Positions 1 to 12,900 of a stretch of DNA of 64,000 nt are shown in pieces; the stretch's first letter is position 1, and each line of letters starts with the position of its first letter. A program made the position numbers and the translations under genes. Below the pieces are notes generated by a model, which had not been told where the DNA came from, searched no databases, and saw nothing but the letters and a program-made list of their open reading frames with translations. The DNA lies in NCBI GenBank assembly GCA_040954595.2, contig CM082584.2:1-64000 (forward strand). The letters run 5' to 3'. The stretch comes from Balanoglossus misakiensis (Eukaryota; Animalia; Hemichordata).

Positions 1-509
1 TCACCCAAACCCTAACCCTAACCCTAACCCTAACCCTAACCCTAACCCTAACCCTAACCCTAACCCTAACCCTAACCATATACCCTAACCCTACCCTACC
101 CTAACCCTACCCTAACCCTAACCCTAACCCTAACCCTAACCCTAACCCTAACCCTAACCCTACCCTAACCCTAACCTAACCCTAACCCTAACCCTAACCA
201 CCCTAGACCCTAACCCTAACCCTAACCCTAACCCTAACCCTAACCTAACCCTAACCCTAACCCTAACCCTAACCCTAACCCTAACCCTAACCCTAACCCT
301 AACCCTAACCCTAACCCTAACCCTAACCCTAACCCTAACCCTAACCCTAACCCTAACCCTAACCCTAACCCCTAACCCTAACCCTAACCCTAACCCTAAC
401 CCTAACCCTAACCCTAACCCTAACCCTAACCCTAACCCTAACCCTAACCCTAACCCTAACCCTAACCCTAACCCTACCCCTAACCCTAACCCTAACCCTA
501 ACCCTAACC

Positions 510-550
<41 letters not shown>

Positions 551-3486
551 CCCTAACCCTAACCCTAACCCTAACCCTAACCCTAACCCTAACCCTAACC
601 CTAACCCTAACCCTAACCCTAACCCTAACCCTAACCCTAACCCTAACCCTAACCCTAACCCTAACCCTAACCCTAACCCTAACCCTAACCCTAACCCTAA
701 CCCTAACCCTAACCCTAACCCTAACCCTAACCCTAACCCTAACCCTAACCCTAACCCTAACCCTAACCCTAACCCTAACCCTAACCCTAACCCTAACCCT
801 AACCCTAACCCTAACCCTAACCCTAACCCTAACCCTAACCCTAACCCTAACCCTAACCCTAACCCTAACCCTAACCCTAACCCTAACCCTAACCCTAACC
901 CTAACCCTAACCCTAACCCTAACCCTAACCCTAACCCTAACCCTAACCCTAACCCTAACCCTAACCCTAACCCTAACCCTAACCCTAACCCTAACCCTAA
1001 CCCTAACCCTAACCCTAACCCTAACCCTAACCCTAACCCTAACCCTAACCCTAACCCTAACCCTAACCCTAACCCTAACCCTAACCCTAACCCTAACCCT
1101 AACCCTAACCCTAACCCTAACCCTAACCCTAACCCTAACCCTAACCCTAACCCTAACCCTAACCCTAACCCTAACCCTAACCCTAACCCTAACCCTAACC
1201 CTAACCCTAACCCTAACCCTAACCCTAACCCTAACCCTAACCAACCCTAACCCTAACCCTAACCCTAACCCTAACCCTAACCCTAACCCTAACCCTAACC
1301 CTAACCCTAACCCTAACCCTAACCCTAACCCTAACCCTAACCCTAACCCTAACCCTAACCCTAACCCTAACCCTAACCCTAACCCTAACCCTAACCCTAA
1401 CCCTAACCCTAACCCTAACCCTAACCCTAACCCTAACCCTAACCCTAACCCTAACCCTAACCCTAACCCTAACCCTAACCCTAACCCTAACCCTAACCCT
1501 AACCCTAACCCTAACCCTAACCCTAACCCTAACCCTAACCCTAACCCTAACCCTAACCCTAACCCTAACCCTAACCCTAACCCTAACCCTAACCCTAACC
1601 CTAACCCTAACCCTAACCCTAACCCTAACCCTAACCCTAACCCTAACCCTAACCCTAACCCTAACCCTAACCCTAACCCTAACCCTAACCCTAACCCTAA
1701 CCCTAACCCTAACCCTAACCCTAACCCTAACCCTAACCCTAACCCTAACCCTAACCCTAACCCTAACCCTAACCCTAACCCTAACCCTAACCCTAACCCT
1801 AACCCTAACCCTAACCCTAACCCTAACCCTAACCCTAACCCTAACCCTAACCCTAACCCTAACCCTAACCCTAACCCTAACCCTAACCCTAACCCTAACC
1901 CTAACCCTAACCCTAACCCTAACCCTAACCCTAACCCTAACCCTAACCCTAACCCTAACCCTAACCCTAACCCTAACCCTAACCCTAACCCTAACCCTAA
2001 CCCTAACCCTAACCCTAACCCTAACCCTAACCCTAACCCTAACCCTAACCCTAACCCTAACCCTAACCCTAACCCTAACCCTAACCCTAACCCTAACCCT
2101 AACCCTAACCCTAACCCTAACCCTAACCCTAACCCTAACCCTAACCCTAACCCTAACCCTAACCCTAACCCTAACCCTAACCCTAACCCTAACCCTAACC
2201 CTAACCCTAACCCTAACCCTAACCCTAACCCTAACCCTAACCCTAACCCTAACCCTAACCCTAACCCTAACCCTAACCCTAACCCTAACCCTAACCCTAA
2301 CCCTAACCCTAACCCTAACCCTAACCCTAACCCTAACCCTAACCCTAACCCTAACCCTAACCCTAACCCTAACCCTAACCCTAACCCTAACCCTAACCCT
2401 AACCCTAACCCTAACCCTAACCCTAACCCTAACCCTAACCCTAACCCTAACCCTAACCCTAACCCTAACCCTAACCCTAACCCTAACCCTAACCCTAACC
2501 CTAACCCTAACCCTAACCCTAACCCTAACCCTAACCCTAACCCTAACCCTAACCCTAACCCTAACCCTAACCCTAACCCTAACCCTAACCCTAACCCTAA
2601 CCCTAACCCTAACCCTAACCCTAACCCTAACCCTAACCCTAACCCTAACCCTAACCCTAACCCTAACCCTAACCCTAACCCTAACCCTAACCCTAACCCT
2701 AACCCTAACCCTAACCCTAACCCTAACCCTAACCCTAACCCTAACCCTAACCCTAACCCTAACCCTAACCCTAACCCTAACCCTAACCCTAACCCTAACC
2801 CTAACCCTAACCCTAACCCTAACCCTAACCCTAACCCTAACCCTAACCCTAACCCTAACCCTAACCCTAACCCTAACCCTAACCCTAACCCTAACCCTAA
2901 CCCTAACCCTAACCCTAACCCTAACCCTAACCCTAACCCTAACCCTAACCCTAACCCTAACCCTAACCCTAACCCTAACCCTAACCCTAACCCTAACCCT
3001 AACCCTAACCCTAACCCTAACCCTAACCCTAACCCTAACCCTAACCCTAACCCTAACCCTAACCCTAACCCTAACCCTAACCCTAACCCTAACCCTAACC
3101 CTAACCCTAACCCTAACCCTAACCCTAACCCTAACCCTAACCCTAACCCTAACCCTAACCCTAACCCTAACCCTAACCCTAACCCTAACCCTAACCCTAA
3201 CCCTAACCCTAACCCTAACCCTAACCCTAACCCTAACCCTAACCCTAACCCTAACCCTAACCCTAACCCTAACCCTAACCCTAACCCTAACCCTAACCCC
3301 TAACCCCTAACCCTAACCCCTAACCCTAACCCCTAACCCTAACCCTAACCCTAACCCTAACCCTAACCCTAACCCTAACCCTAACCCTAACCCTAACCCT
3401 AACCCTAACCCTAACCCTAACCCTAACCCTAACCCTAACCCTAACCCTAACCCAAACCCTAACCCTAACCCAAACCCAAACCCAAA
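1..3486 (-). repeat. Telomeric (TTAGGG)n array; C-rich strand on +, i.e. left chromosome end
   Basis: Near-pure CCCTAA hexamers from base 1. Proximal variants CCCCTAA (~3295-3340) and CCCAAA (3451-3486) lie before the junction. Confidence 0.99.
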
Positions 3487-6400
3487 AGTATAATGGTCAA
3501 AGGGTCAAGGGTCAAAAGTCAGGGGGTCAAAGGTCAACATTAAAAGTTAAATTTGAAGGGTCAAAGGTCATGGGTTAGAGTTCAAAGTTCAAAAAGTTTG
3601 AGTTTAGGGTCAAGGGGCAAGGGTTGAAGGGTCAAAGGTCAAGGGTTGGATTTCATAAGTATGAGATCAAGAATCAAGGAGTCAAGGGGCAATGGTCAAG
3701 GGTTAGAGTTGAAAGGTCAAAGGTTCAAGGTTCAAGTGTCAAAGGTCAAGGTTAGGGTTAGGTCAAGGGACCAAGAGTCAGTCGCCATGTATTAGAGTTT
3801 AATGGTCAAGTGATAGAGTTCAAGGGTCAAAGGTTGCAGTTCAAGAGTCAAAGGTCAAGGGTTAGAGTTCAAAGGTTAAAAAGTTTGAGGTAAGGGGTTA
3901 AGGGTTGATGGGTCAAAGGTCAAGGGTTAAGGATTAGAGTTCAAGAGTTGGAGATCAAGGATCAAGGGGTCAAGGGTCAAGGATGAGAGTTGAAGGCTCA
4001 ACAGTCTGACCAAGTATAGAGTTCAAGGGTCAAAGGTTATAGTTCAAGGGTCAAGGGTTGAAGGGTCAAAGGTCAAGGGTTAGAGTTCAAGAGTTGGAGA
4101 TCAGGGATCTAAGGGTCAAGGGTCAAAGGTCAAGTGTCAAAGGTCACGGTTAAAAGTTAGATTTGAAGGGTAAAAGGTCAAGGGGTAGAGTTCAAGATTT
4201 GGAGATCAAGGATCAAGGGGTCAAGGGTCAAGGATTAAAGTTAAAGGGTCAAAGGGTCAAGGGTCAAAGGTCAAAGGTCAATGTTAAAAGTTAGATTTGA
4301 GTCAAAGGTCAAGGGTTAACGTTCAAAGTTCAAAAAGTATGAGTTAAGGGTCAAGGGGCGAGGGTTGAAGGGTTAAAGGTCAAGGGTTGGATTTCATGAG
4401 TTGGAGATCAAGGATCAAGGGGTCAAGGGTCAAGGGTCAAGTTTTAGAGTTGAAGGGTCAAAGGATTGACCAAGGATTAGAGTTCAAGGGTCAAGGGTTA
4501 TAGGTCAGGGTTCGAGGGTTGAAGGTTCAAAGGTAAAGGGGTAGAGTTCAAGAGTTTGAGATCAAGGATCAAGGGATCAAGGGTCAAGGATTAAAGTTCA
4601 AGGGTCAAAGGGTCAAGGGTCAAAGGTCAAAGGTCAAGGTTAAAAGTTAGATTTGAAGGGTCAAAGGTCAAAGGTTAGTGTTCAAAGTTCAAAATGTTTG
4701 AGTTAAGGGTCAAGGGGCAGGGGTTGAAGAGTCAAAGGTCAAGGGTTTGATTTCATAAGTTGGATATTAAGGATCAAGGGGGTCAAGGGTCAAGGATAAG
4801 AGTTGAAGTTCAACGGTCTGACCACCAATGATTAGAGTTCAAGTGTCATTGGTTATAGGTCAGGGGTCAAGGGTTGAAGGACAAAGGTCAAGGGTTATAG
4901 TTCAAGATTTGGATATCAATGATCAAGGGGTCAAGTATTAAAGTATTAAGGGCCAAAGGGTAAAGGGTCAAGGGTCAAATGTCAAGGGTCAAAGGTCAAG
5001 ATTAAAAGTTAGATTTGAAGGGTCAAAGGTCATGGGTTAGAGTTCAAAGTTCAAAAAGTTTGAGTTTAGGGTCAAGGGGCAAGGGTTGAAGGGTCAAAGG
5101 TCAAGGGTTGGATTTCATAAGTTGGAGATCAAGAATCAAGGAGTCAAGGGGCAAGGGTCAAGGGTTAGAGTTGAAAGGTCAAAAGTTCAAGGTTCAAGTG
5201 TCAGAGGTCAAGGTTCAAGGGTCAAGGGACCAAGAGTCAGTCGCCATGTATTAGAGTTTAATGGTCAAGTTATAGAGTTCAAGGGTCAAAGGTTGTAGTT
5301 CAAGAGTCAAAGGTCAAGGGTTAGAGTTCAAAGGTTAAAAAGTTTGAGTTAAGGGGTCAAGGGTTGATGGGTCAAAGGTCAATGGTTAAGGATTAGAGTT
5401 CAAGAGTTGGAGATCAAGGATCAAGGGGTCAAGGGTCAAGGATTCGAGTTCAAGAGTTGGAGATCAGGGATCTAAGGGTCAAGATTCAAAGGTCAAGGGT
5501 CAAAGGTCACGGTTAAAAGTTAGATTTGAAGGGTCAAAGGTCAAGGGGTAGAGTTCAAGATTTGGAGATCAAGGATCAAGGGGTCAAGGGTCAAGGATTA
5601 AAGTTCAAGGGTCAAAGGGTCAAGAGGCAAGGGTCAAAGGTCAATGTTAAAAGTTAGATTTGAGTCAAAGGTCAAGGGTTGGATTTCATGAGTTGGAGAT
5701 CAAGGATCAAGGGGTCAAGGGTCAAGGGTCAAGTATTAGAGTTGAAGGGTCAAAGGATTGACCAAGGATTAGAGTTCAAGGGTCAAGGGTTATAGGTCAG
5801 GGTTCGAGGGTTGAAGGTTCAAAGGTAAAGGGGTAGAGTTCAAGAGTTGGAGATCAAGGATCAAGGGGTCAAGGGTCAAAGATTAAAGTTCAAGGGTCAA
5901 AGGTTCAAGGGTCAAAGGTCAAAGGTCAAGGTTAAAAGTTAGATTTGAAGGGTCAAAGGTCAAAGGTTAGGGTTCAAAGTTCAAAATGTTTGAGTTAAGG
6001 GTCAGGGGTCAAGGGTTGAAGGTCAAAGGTCAAGGGTTATAGTTCAAGAGTTGGATATCAATGATCAAGGGGTCAAGGGTCAAGTATTAAAATATAAGGG
6101 TCAAAGGGTCAAGGGTCAAGGGTCAAAAGTCAAGGGACTAAGGTCAAGATTAAATGTTAGATTTGAAGGGTCAAAGGTCAAGGGTTAGAGTTCAAGAGTT
6201 GGAGATCAAGGATCAAGGGGTTAAGGGTCAAGGATTAAAGTTCGAGGGTCAAAGGTTCAAAGGTCAAAGGTCAATTTTAAACGTTAGATTTGAAGGGTCA
6301 AAGGTCAATAGTTAGGGTTCAAAGTTCAAAAAGAATGAGTTAAGGGTCAAGGGGCGAGGGTTGATGGGTCAAATGTCAAGGGTTGGATTTCATGAGTTGG

Positions 6401-7607
6401 AGATCAAGGATCAAGGGGTCAAGGGTCAAGTATTAGAGTTGGAGGGTCAAAGGATTGACCAAGGATTAGAGTTCAAGGGTCAAGGGTTATAAGTCAGGGT
6501 TTGAGGGTTGAAGGTTCAAAGGTAAAGGGGTAGAGTTCAAGAGTTGGAGATCAAGTATCAAGGGGTCAAGGGTCAAGGATTAAAGTTCAAGGGTCAAAGG
6601 TTCAAGGGTTAAAGATCAAAGGTCAAGGTTAAAAGTTAGATTTGAAGGGTCAAGGGTCAAAGGTCAAGGGTTAGGGTTCAAAGTTCAAAATGTTTGAGTA
6701 AAGGGTCAAGGGGCTGGGGTTGAAGGGTCAAAAGTCAAGGGTTTGATTTCATGAGTTGGAGATTAAGGATCAAGGGGTCCAGGGTCAAGGATAAGAGTTG
6801 AAGTTCAACGGTCTGACCAATGATTAGAGTTCAAGGGTCATTGGTTATAGGTCAGGGGTCAAGGGTTGAAGGTCAAAGGTCAAGGGTTATAGTTCAAGAG
6901 TTGGATATCAATGATCAAGGAGTCAAGTATTAAAGTATTAAGGGCCAAAGGGTCAAGGGTCAAGGGTCAAAAGTCAAGGGTCAAAGGTCAAGATTAAAAG
7001 TTAGATTTGAAGGGTCAAAGGTCATGGGTTAGAGTTCAAAGTTCAAAAAGTGTGAGTTTAGGGTCAAGGGGCAAGGGTTGAAGGGTCAAAGGTCAAGGGT
7101 TGGATTTCATAAGTTGGAGATCAAGAATCAAGGAGTCAAGGGGCAAGAGTCAAGGGTTAGAGTTCAAAGGTCAAAGGTTCAAGGTTCAAGGGTCAGAGGT
7201 CAAGGTTCAAGGGTCAAGGGACCAAGAGTCAGTTGCCATGTATTAGAGTTTAATTGTCAAGTGATAGAGTTCAAGGGTCAAAGGTTGTAGTTCAAGAGTC
7301 AAAGGTCAAGGTTTAGAGTTCAAAGGTTAAAAAGTTTGAGTTAAGGGGTCAAAAGTTGATGGGTCAAAGGTCAAGGGTTAAGGATTAGAGTTCAAGAGTT
7401 TGAGATCAAGGATCAAGGGTTCAAGGGTCAAGGATTAGAGTTGAAGGCTCAACAGTCTGACCAAGTATTAGAGTTCAAGGGTCAAAGGTTATAGTTCAAG
7501 GGTCAAGCGTTGAAGGGTCAAAGGTCAAGGGTTAGAGTTCAAGAGTTGGAGATCAGGGATCTAAGGGTCAAGGGTCAAGGATTAGAGTTGATGTGTCAAA
7601 GGGTCTT
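3487..7607 (+). repeat. Satellite A, distal arm: G-rich degenerate 7-bp-period satellite (GGGTCAA/AGGTCAA/AGTTCAA/GGGTTAG) with higher-order units
   Basis: Continuous heptamer variants. The marker ggaccaagagtcagt(c/t)gccatgtattagag recurs at ~3768, ~5227 and ~7219; identical-type ORFs at 5086 and 7078 give a 1992-bp offset. Confidence 0.95.
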
Positions 7608-8400
7608 TACCCCAATGTATTCCCACTAGCCCCCCTTCCTTCTCCACCCTGGCCTCCTTCACCAAAACCGCACCAGACCCATAATGCCTCTATCTCTTAC
7701 ACCACACCTTACACCCACCCCAACTTGTAACACTTGACTTAAAGATTGGCATCCAAATCCAAACTCTACCACTGCTACTCCAACAATACAACATCAGGAC
7801 TCTATTACAAACCAAAACCTACCATTTATAGCAAATACACGACCAAAGATTTGATCCCATTTATCATCCTTCCACACTCATCGCGAATCCTTACTGGAAC
7901 CCCACCATAACCGACCCAATCCACTCCTTACCTCAAACCTCACCCCGAAGTCAATCCCAGAATTGTACTCTTAAAAAATATTACTCAAACACCAATCACC
8001 GATCAAACTCCAAATATCAACTAAGGCTCACTACCTTGTCAGCTATCACCACAACCAGCCAACTTTAACCCAACATATTCCCATGCCGCCCTATCACCAC
8101 CCCGACCTCCATCCCCAAAACCGCACAAAACCCACCACACATTTAAATCCTGGAAGTCACCCAACCTATCATAACTCTAACGGGATGTTTGGGTTTGGGA
8201 TAAACCAAATCAAAATTGACCTAACCCTATCATAACCAAATACTCGAAGACCACCAAAAAAACTCTTAACGTAAAGATTGGCATAAATCCAAACGCATAC
8301 CCAACTAAACAACACCAAAACGCTATTACGAACCAAACCCTACAATTTTTATACATGACCAAAGATCCTACCCATGGAAGAACTCACTTCTGTCAATAAT
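7608..8400 (-). repeat. Satellite B, inverted distal copy (C/A-rich on +)
   Basis: ccaccctggcctccttcaccaaaaccgcacc and acacgaccaaagatttgatccc are reverse complements of motifs in 17540-20950. Confidence 0.9.
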
Positions 8401-9988
8401 ACAAACTCCTACTAATTTTCTGCCAGCTATTTCATAAAATGTATTTATTTAGGCTTCAAAACAATGGAAATTAACTCGAATCATCTTTTTGAAAATTGCG
8501 GGTATTAATATATCATTTTGAATTCAAAAACAACCTACTTTTAGGCTTAAAACATTGAAATCAATTTTTTTTCGAAAATACTATAAAACACAAATTCAAA
8601 AACACTCAATATTTTTAGGCTTGCGAATTATTTTCATCTGAAAATATAATAAACTCGTAAAACTGATATAAAATAGATGTTTTTATTCGTATATGTATTG
8701 AATATTAATCAAATAAGCCAAAATTAAGTTTTTAATATGAAAATGATTTAATAAGCATTTCCAATATAAATGTTTTGCTTATCATTCTAAAGTCTCTTTT
8801 GAATGTATTACAAAATAACATTATTTGGCAAGAAAACTGCTCAATACGATACTAAAAACGTTGTTAGTTTCATATCGCATGTATTAAATGAAAACGATTC
8901 AATAAGCATTTTAAATTCAAAACCACTTATTTAGGCTATAAAACAATGTGGGGTCGTTATTAAAAACCTTTTTGAAATTTTTTTCTATGACACGCTTTAA
9001 TTTTTCACAAAAAATGTTTAATACCATATAAAATCAAAATCATATTCACAAAGCGTATGTTTAACGGAAATGATTTAACAAGCAATTTCTATATATTTAC
9101 ATCCCTATTTAAGCCTTTGGAAAACTGTTTAATGATTATAAAACATTTCTTTGAACATAACATAAAACCATCCTTTATTCGGGCCCAAAAACTTCATATC
9201 GCACATTTAACTCAAACACAATCTTAATTAGGATTATAAACATTCTACACTTTATAATCATTCAAAAACTTTCATTGAAAGTATTACTTAATCACAATAT
9301 TTTAGCATGAAAACTTTTCAATACGACATAAAAAACGATGTATGTTCCATATTGCTTTTTTATATCTAAAAAGACAAGAAACATTTCAAAACACTAATTT
9401 AGGCATGTAAACACTGTTAGAACATTAGATAAAAAAAACTATTTAATACGGTATAAAATGATGTTATATGCACATTTTATATTTTGAAAAAAATATGATT
9501 AAATAAACAATCTTTACATAAATACACGCATATTTAAAGCTCTAATACAGTAATATATAATTCTTAAACGTTTCTTTTTATATATGATAAAAAACTAATT
9601 ATTTGGGAATGAAAACTGTTTAAAACGATACTAAAACAATGCTTGTTCCATATTTCAGGTTTTAAATAAAAATGATCCGTAAAGCATTTTAAAGTTAAAT
9701 ACAAACTTATTTAGGCATAAAAAGCACCCTGAGATCATTATTTAACCCGTCTTTGAAATTAGATATGAAACGCATTATTTTTCACTTAAAGGGGTTAATT
9801 CCGTATAAAATCGTTTTAATTCTTATTGTTAACTTCAAATTAAAATGTACAAGCGATTTCAACATGAATGCAACATGATAAAAGGCTTCAGAACACTTTA
9901 AAATCATTCTAAATCATTTCTTTGAATATGCTACAAAATAACCATTAATTTGTGCACAAAAACTTCAAATACAATACTAAAACGATAT
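8401..9988 (-). repeat. Satellite C, inverted distal copy (AT-rich)
   Basis: 9942-9988 is the reverse complement of atatcgttttagtattgtatttaaagtttttgtgcacaaattaatgg (~11115-11161); gcaccctgagatcattatttaacccgtctttgaaatt matches likewise. Confidence 0.9.
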
Positions 9989-12900
9989 TAAAAAGCTTTA
10001 AATCGAGAGAAAATTTTTAAAAGGAATCTTGAATGTTTAAAAGCATAAATAAGGGTGTGTTTGAGTTAGAAATCACTATCTATTAATTTTTATTTAAAAC
10101 GTGTGATATGTAAAAAATATCGTTTTGAACAGTTTTTGGGCCATAATAAAGGATGGTTTTGTATTGTGTTCAAAGAAAGGTTTTAGAATGATTAAACACT
10201 TTTTCAAAGCCTTAAATAGGGGTGTAATTATATAGAAATTGCTTTCTAAATCATTACCATTAAAAATACGCCTTGTGAATATGACATTGATTTTATAAGG
10301 TATTAAACATTTTTTGTGAAAAATTAAAGCGTGTAATAGAAAAACATTTCAAAAAGGTTTTTAATAATGATACTACATAAATAAGTGGTTTTTGATTTAA
10401 AATGCTTATTGAATCGTTTTTATTTAATACATGCGATATGAAACTAACAACGTTTTTAGTATCGTATTGAGCAGTTTTCTTGCCAAATAATGTCTTTTTG
10501 GAATACATTCAAAAGAGACTTTAGAATGATAAGGAAAACATTTATATTGGAAATGCTTATTAAATCATTTTCATATTAAAAACTTAATTTTGGTTTATTT
10601 GATTTTTATTCAGTACATATACGAATCAAAATATCTATTTTATATCAGTTTTTGGAGTTAATTACATTTTCAGATGAAAATAATTCGCAAGCCTAAAAAT
10701 ATTGGGTGTTTAATCATGTTGCATTCATGTTGAAATCGCTTGTTAAAACATTTTCATTTGAAGTAAACAATGTGAATAAAAACGATTTTATACCGAATTA
10801 AACCCTTTAAGTGAAAAATAATGCGTTTCATATCAAATTTCAAAGACGGGTTAAATAATACATTCAAAAGAGACTTTAGAATGATAAGCAAAACATTTAT
10901 ATTGCTTATTAAATCATTTTCATATTAAAAACTTAATTTTGGCTTATTTGATTTTATTCAATACATATACGAATCAAAACATCTATTTTATATCAGTTTT
11001 TGGAGTTAATTATATTTTCAGATAAAAATAATTCGCAAGCCTAAAAATATTGGGTGTTTTTGAGTTTGAAATCACTATCTAATAATTTTTATTTAAAAGT
11101 GCGTTATGGACCATATATCGTTTTAGTATTGTATTTAAAGTTTTTGTGCACAAATTAATGGTTATATTCAAAGAAATTATTTAGAATGATTTTCAAGTGT
11201 TTTGAAGCCTTTAATCATGTGGCATTCATGTTGAAATCGCTTATTAAAACATTTTCATTTGAAGTAAACAATGTGAATAAAAACGATATCATACCGTAAT
11301 TAAACCCTTTAAGTGAAAAATAATGCGTTTTATATCAAATTTCAAAGACGGGTTAAATAATGATCTCAGGGTGCTTTTTATGCCTAAATAAGTTTGTTAT
11401 TAACTTTAAAATGCTTTACGGATCATTTTTTTTAAAACCTGAAATATGGAACAAGCATTGCTTTAGTATCGTTTTTTAAACAGTTTTCATTGCAAAATAA
11501 TTAGTTTTTTATCATTTATACAAAGAAAGGTTTAAGAATTATATATTACTGTATTAGAGCTTTAAATATGCGTGTATTTATCTATCGATTGTTTATTTAA
11601 TCATATTTTTTTCAAAATATACAATGTGCATATAACATCATTTTATAGCGTATTAAATAGTTTTTTTTATAAAATGTTCTAACATTGTTTACATGCCTAA
11701 ATTAGTGTTTTGAAATGTATCTTGTCTTTTTAGATATAAAAAAGCAATATGGAACAAACATCGTTTTTTATGTCGTATTGAAAAGTTATATAAAGTGTTT
11801 AAAAGCCTTTAATCGAGAGAAAAATTTTAAAAGGAATTTAGAATGTTCATAATCCTAAATAAGGCCGTGTTTGAGTTAAATGTGCGATATGAAGTTTTTG
11901 GGCCCAAATAAAGGATGGTTTTATGTTATGTTCAAAGAAAGGTTTTAGAACGATTTAACAGTTTTTCAAAGGCTTAAAAAGGGGTGTAAATATATAGAAA
12001 TTGCTTGTTAAATCATTTCCGTTAAACATACGCTTTGTGAATATGACATTGATTCTATAAGGTATTAAACATTTTTTGCTAAAGATTAAAGCGTGTCATA
12101 GAAAAAAATTTCAAAAAGGTTTTTAAAAAATGACCCCACATTGTTTTTTAGCATAAATAAGTGGTTTTGAATTTAAAATGCTTATTGAATCGTTTTTATT
12201 TAATACATGCGATAAGAAACTAATAACGATTTTAGTATCGTTTTGAGCAGTTTTCTTGCCAAATAATGTTTTTTTGTAATACATTCAAAAGAGACTTTAG
12301 AATGATAAGCAAAACATTTATATTGCTTATTAAATCATTTTCATATTAAAAACTTAATTTTGGTTTATTTGATTTTTATTCAGTACATATACGAATCAAA
12401 ACATCTATTTTATATCAGTTTTTGGAGTTAATTACATTTTCAGATGAAAATAATTCGCAAGCCTAAAAATATTGGGTGTTTAATCATGTTGCATTCATGT
12501 TGAAATCGCTTGTTAAAACATTTTCATTTGAAGTAAACAATGTGAATAAAAACGATTTTATACCGAATTAAACCCTTTAAGTGAAAAATAATGCGTTTCA
12601 TATCAAATTTCAAAGACGGGTTAAATAATACATTCAAAAGAGACTTTAGAATGATAAGCAAAACATTTATATTGCTTATTAAATCATTTTCATATTAAAA
12701 ACTTAATTTTGGCTTATTTGATTTTATTCAATACATATACGAATCAAAACATCTATTTTATATCAGTTTTTGGAGTTAATTATATTTTCAGATAAAAATA
12801 ATTCGCAAGCCTAAAAATATTGGGTGTTTTTGAGTTTGAAATCACTATCTAATAATTTTTATTTAAAAGTGCGTTATGGACCATATATCGTTTTAGTATT

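Noticed and set aside
1-540. Variant telomeric repeats at the distal tip
   Set aside because: Mostly single-base indels at the contig end, most simply low-coverage consensus errors.
528-1244. 238-aa (VR)n ORF
   Set aside because: It is a translation of the telomere repeat, starting at a non-ATG codon created by a 1-bp repeat variant.
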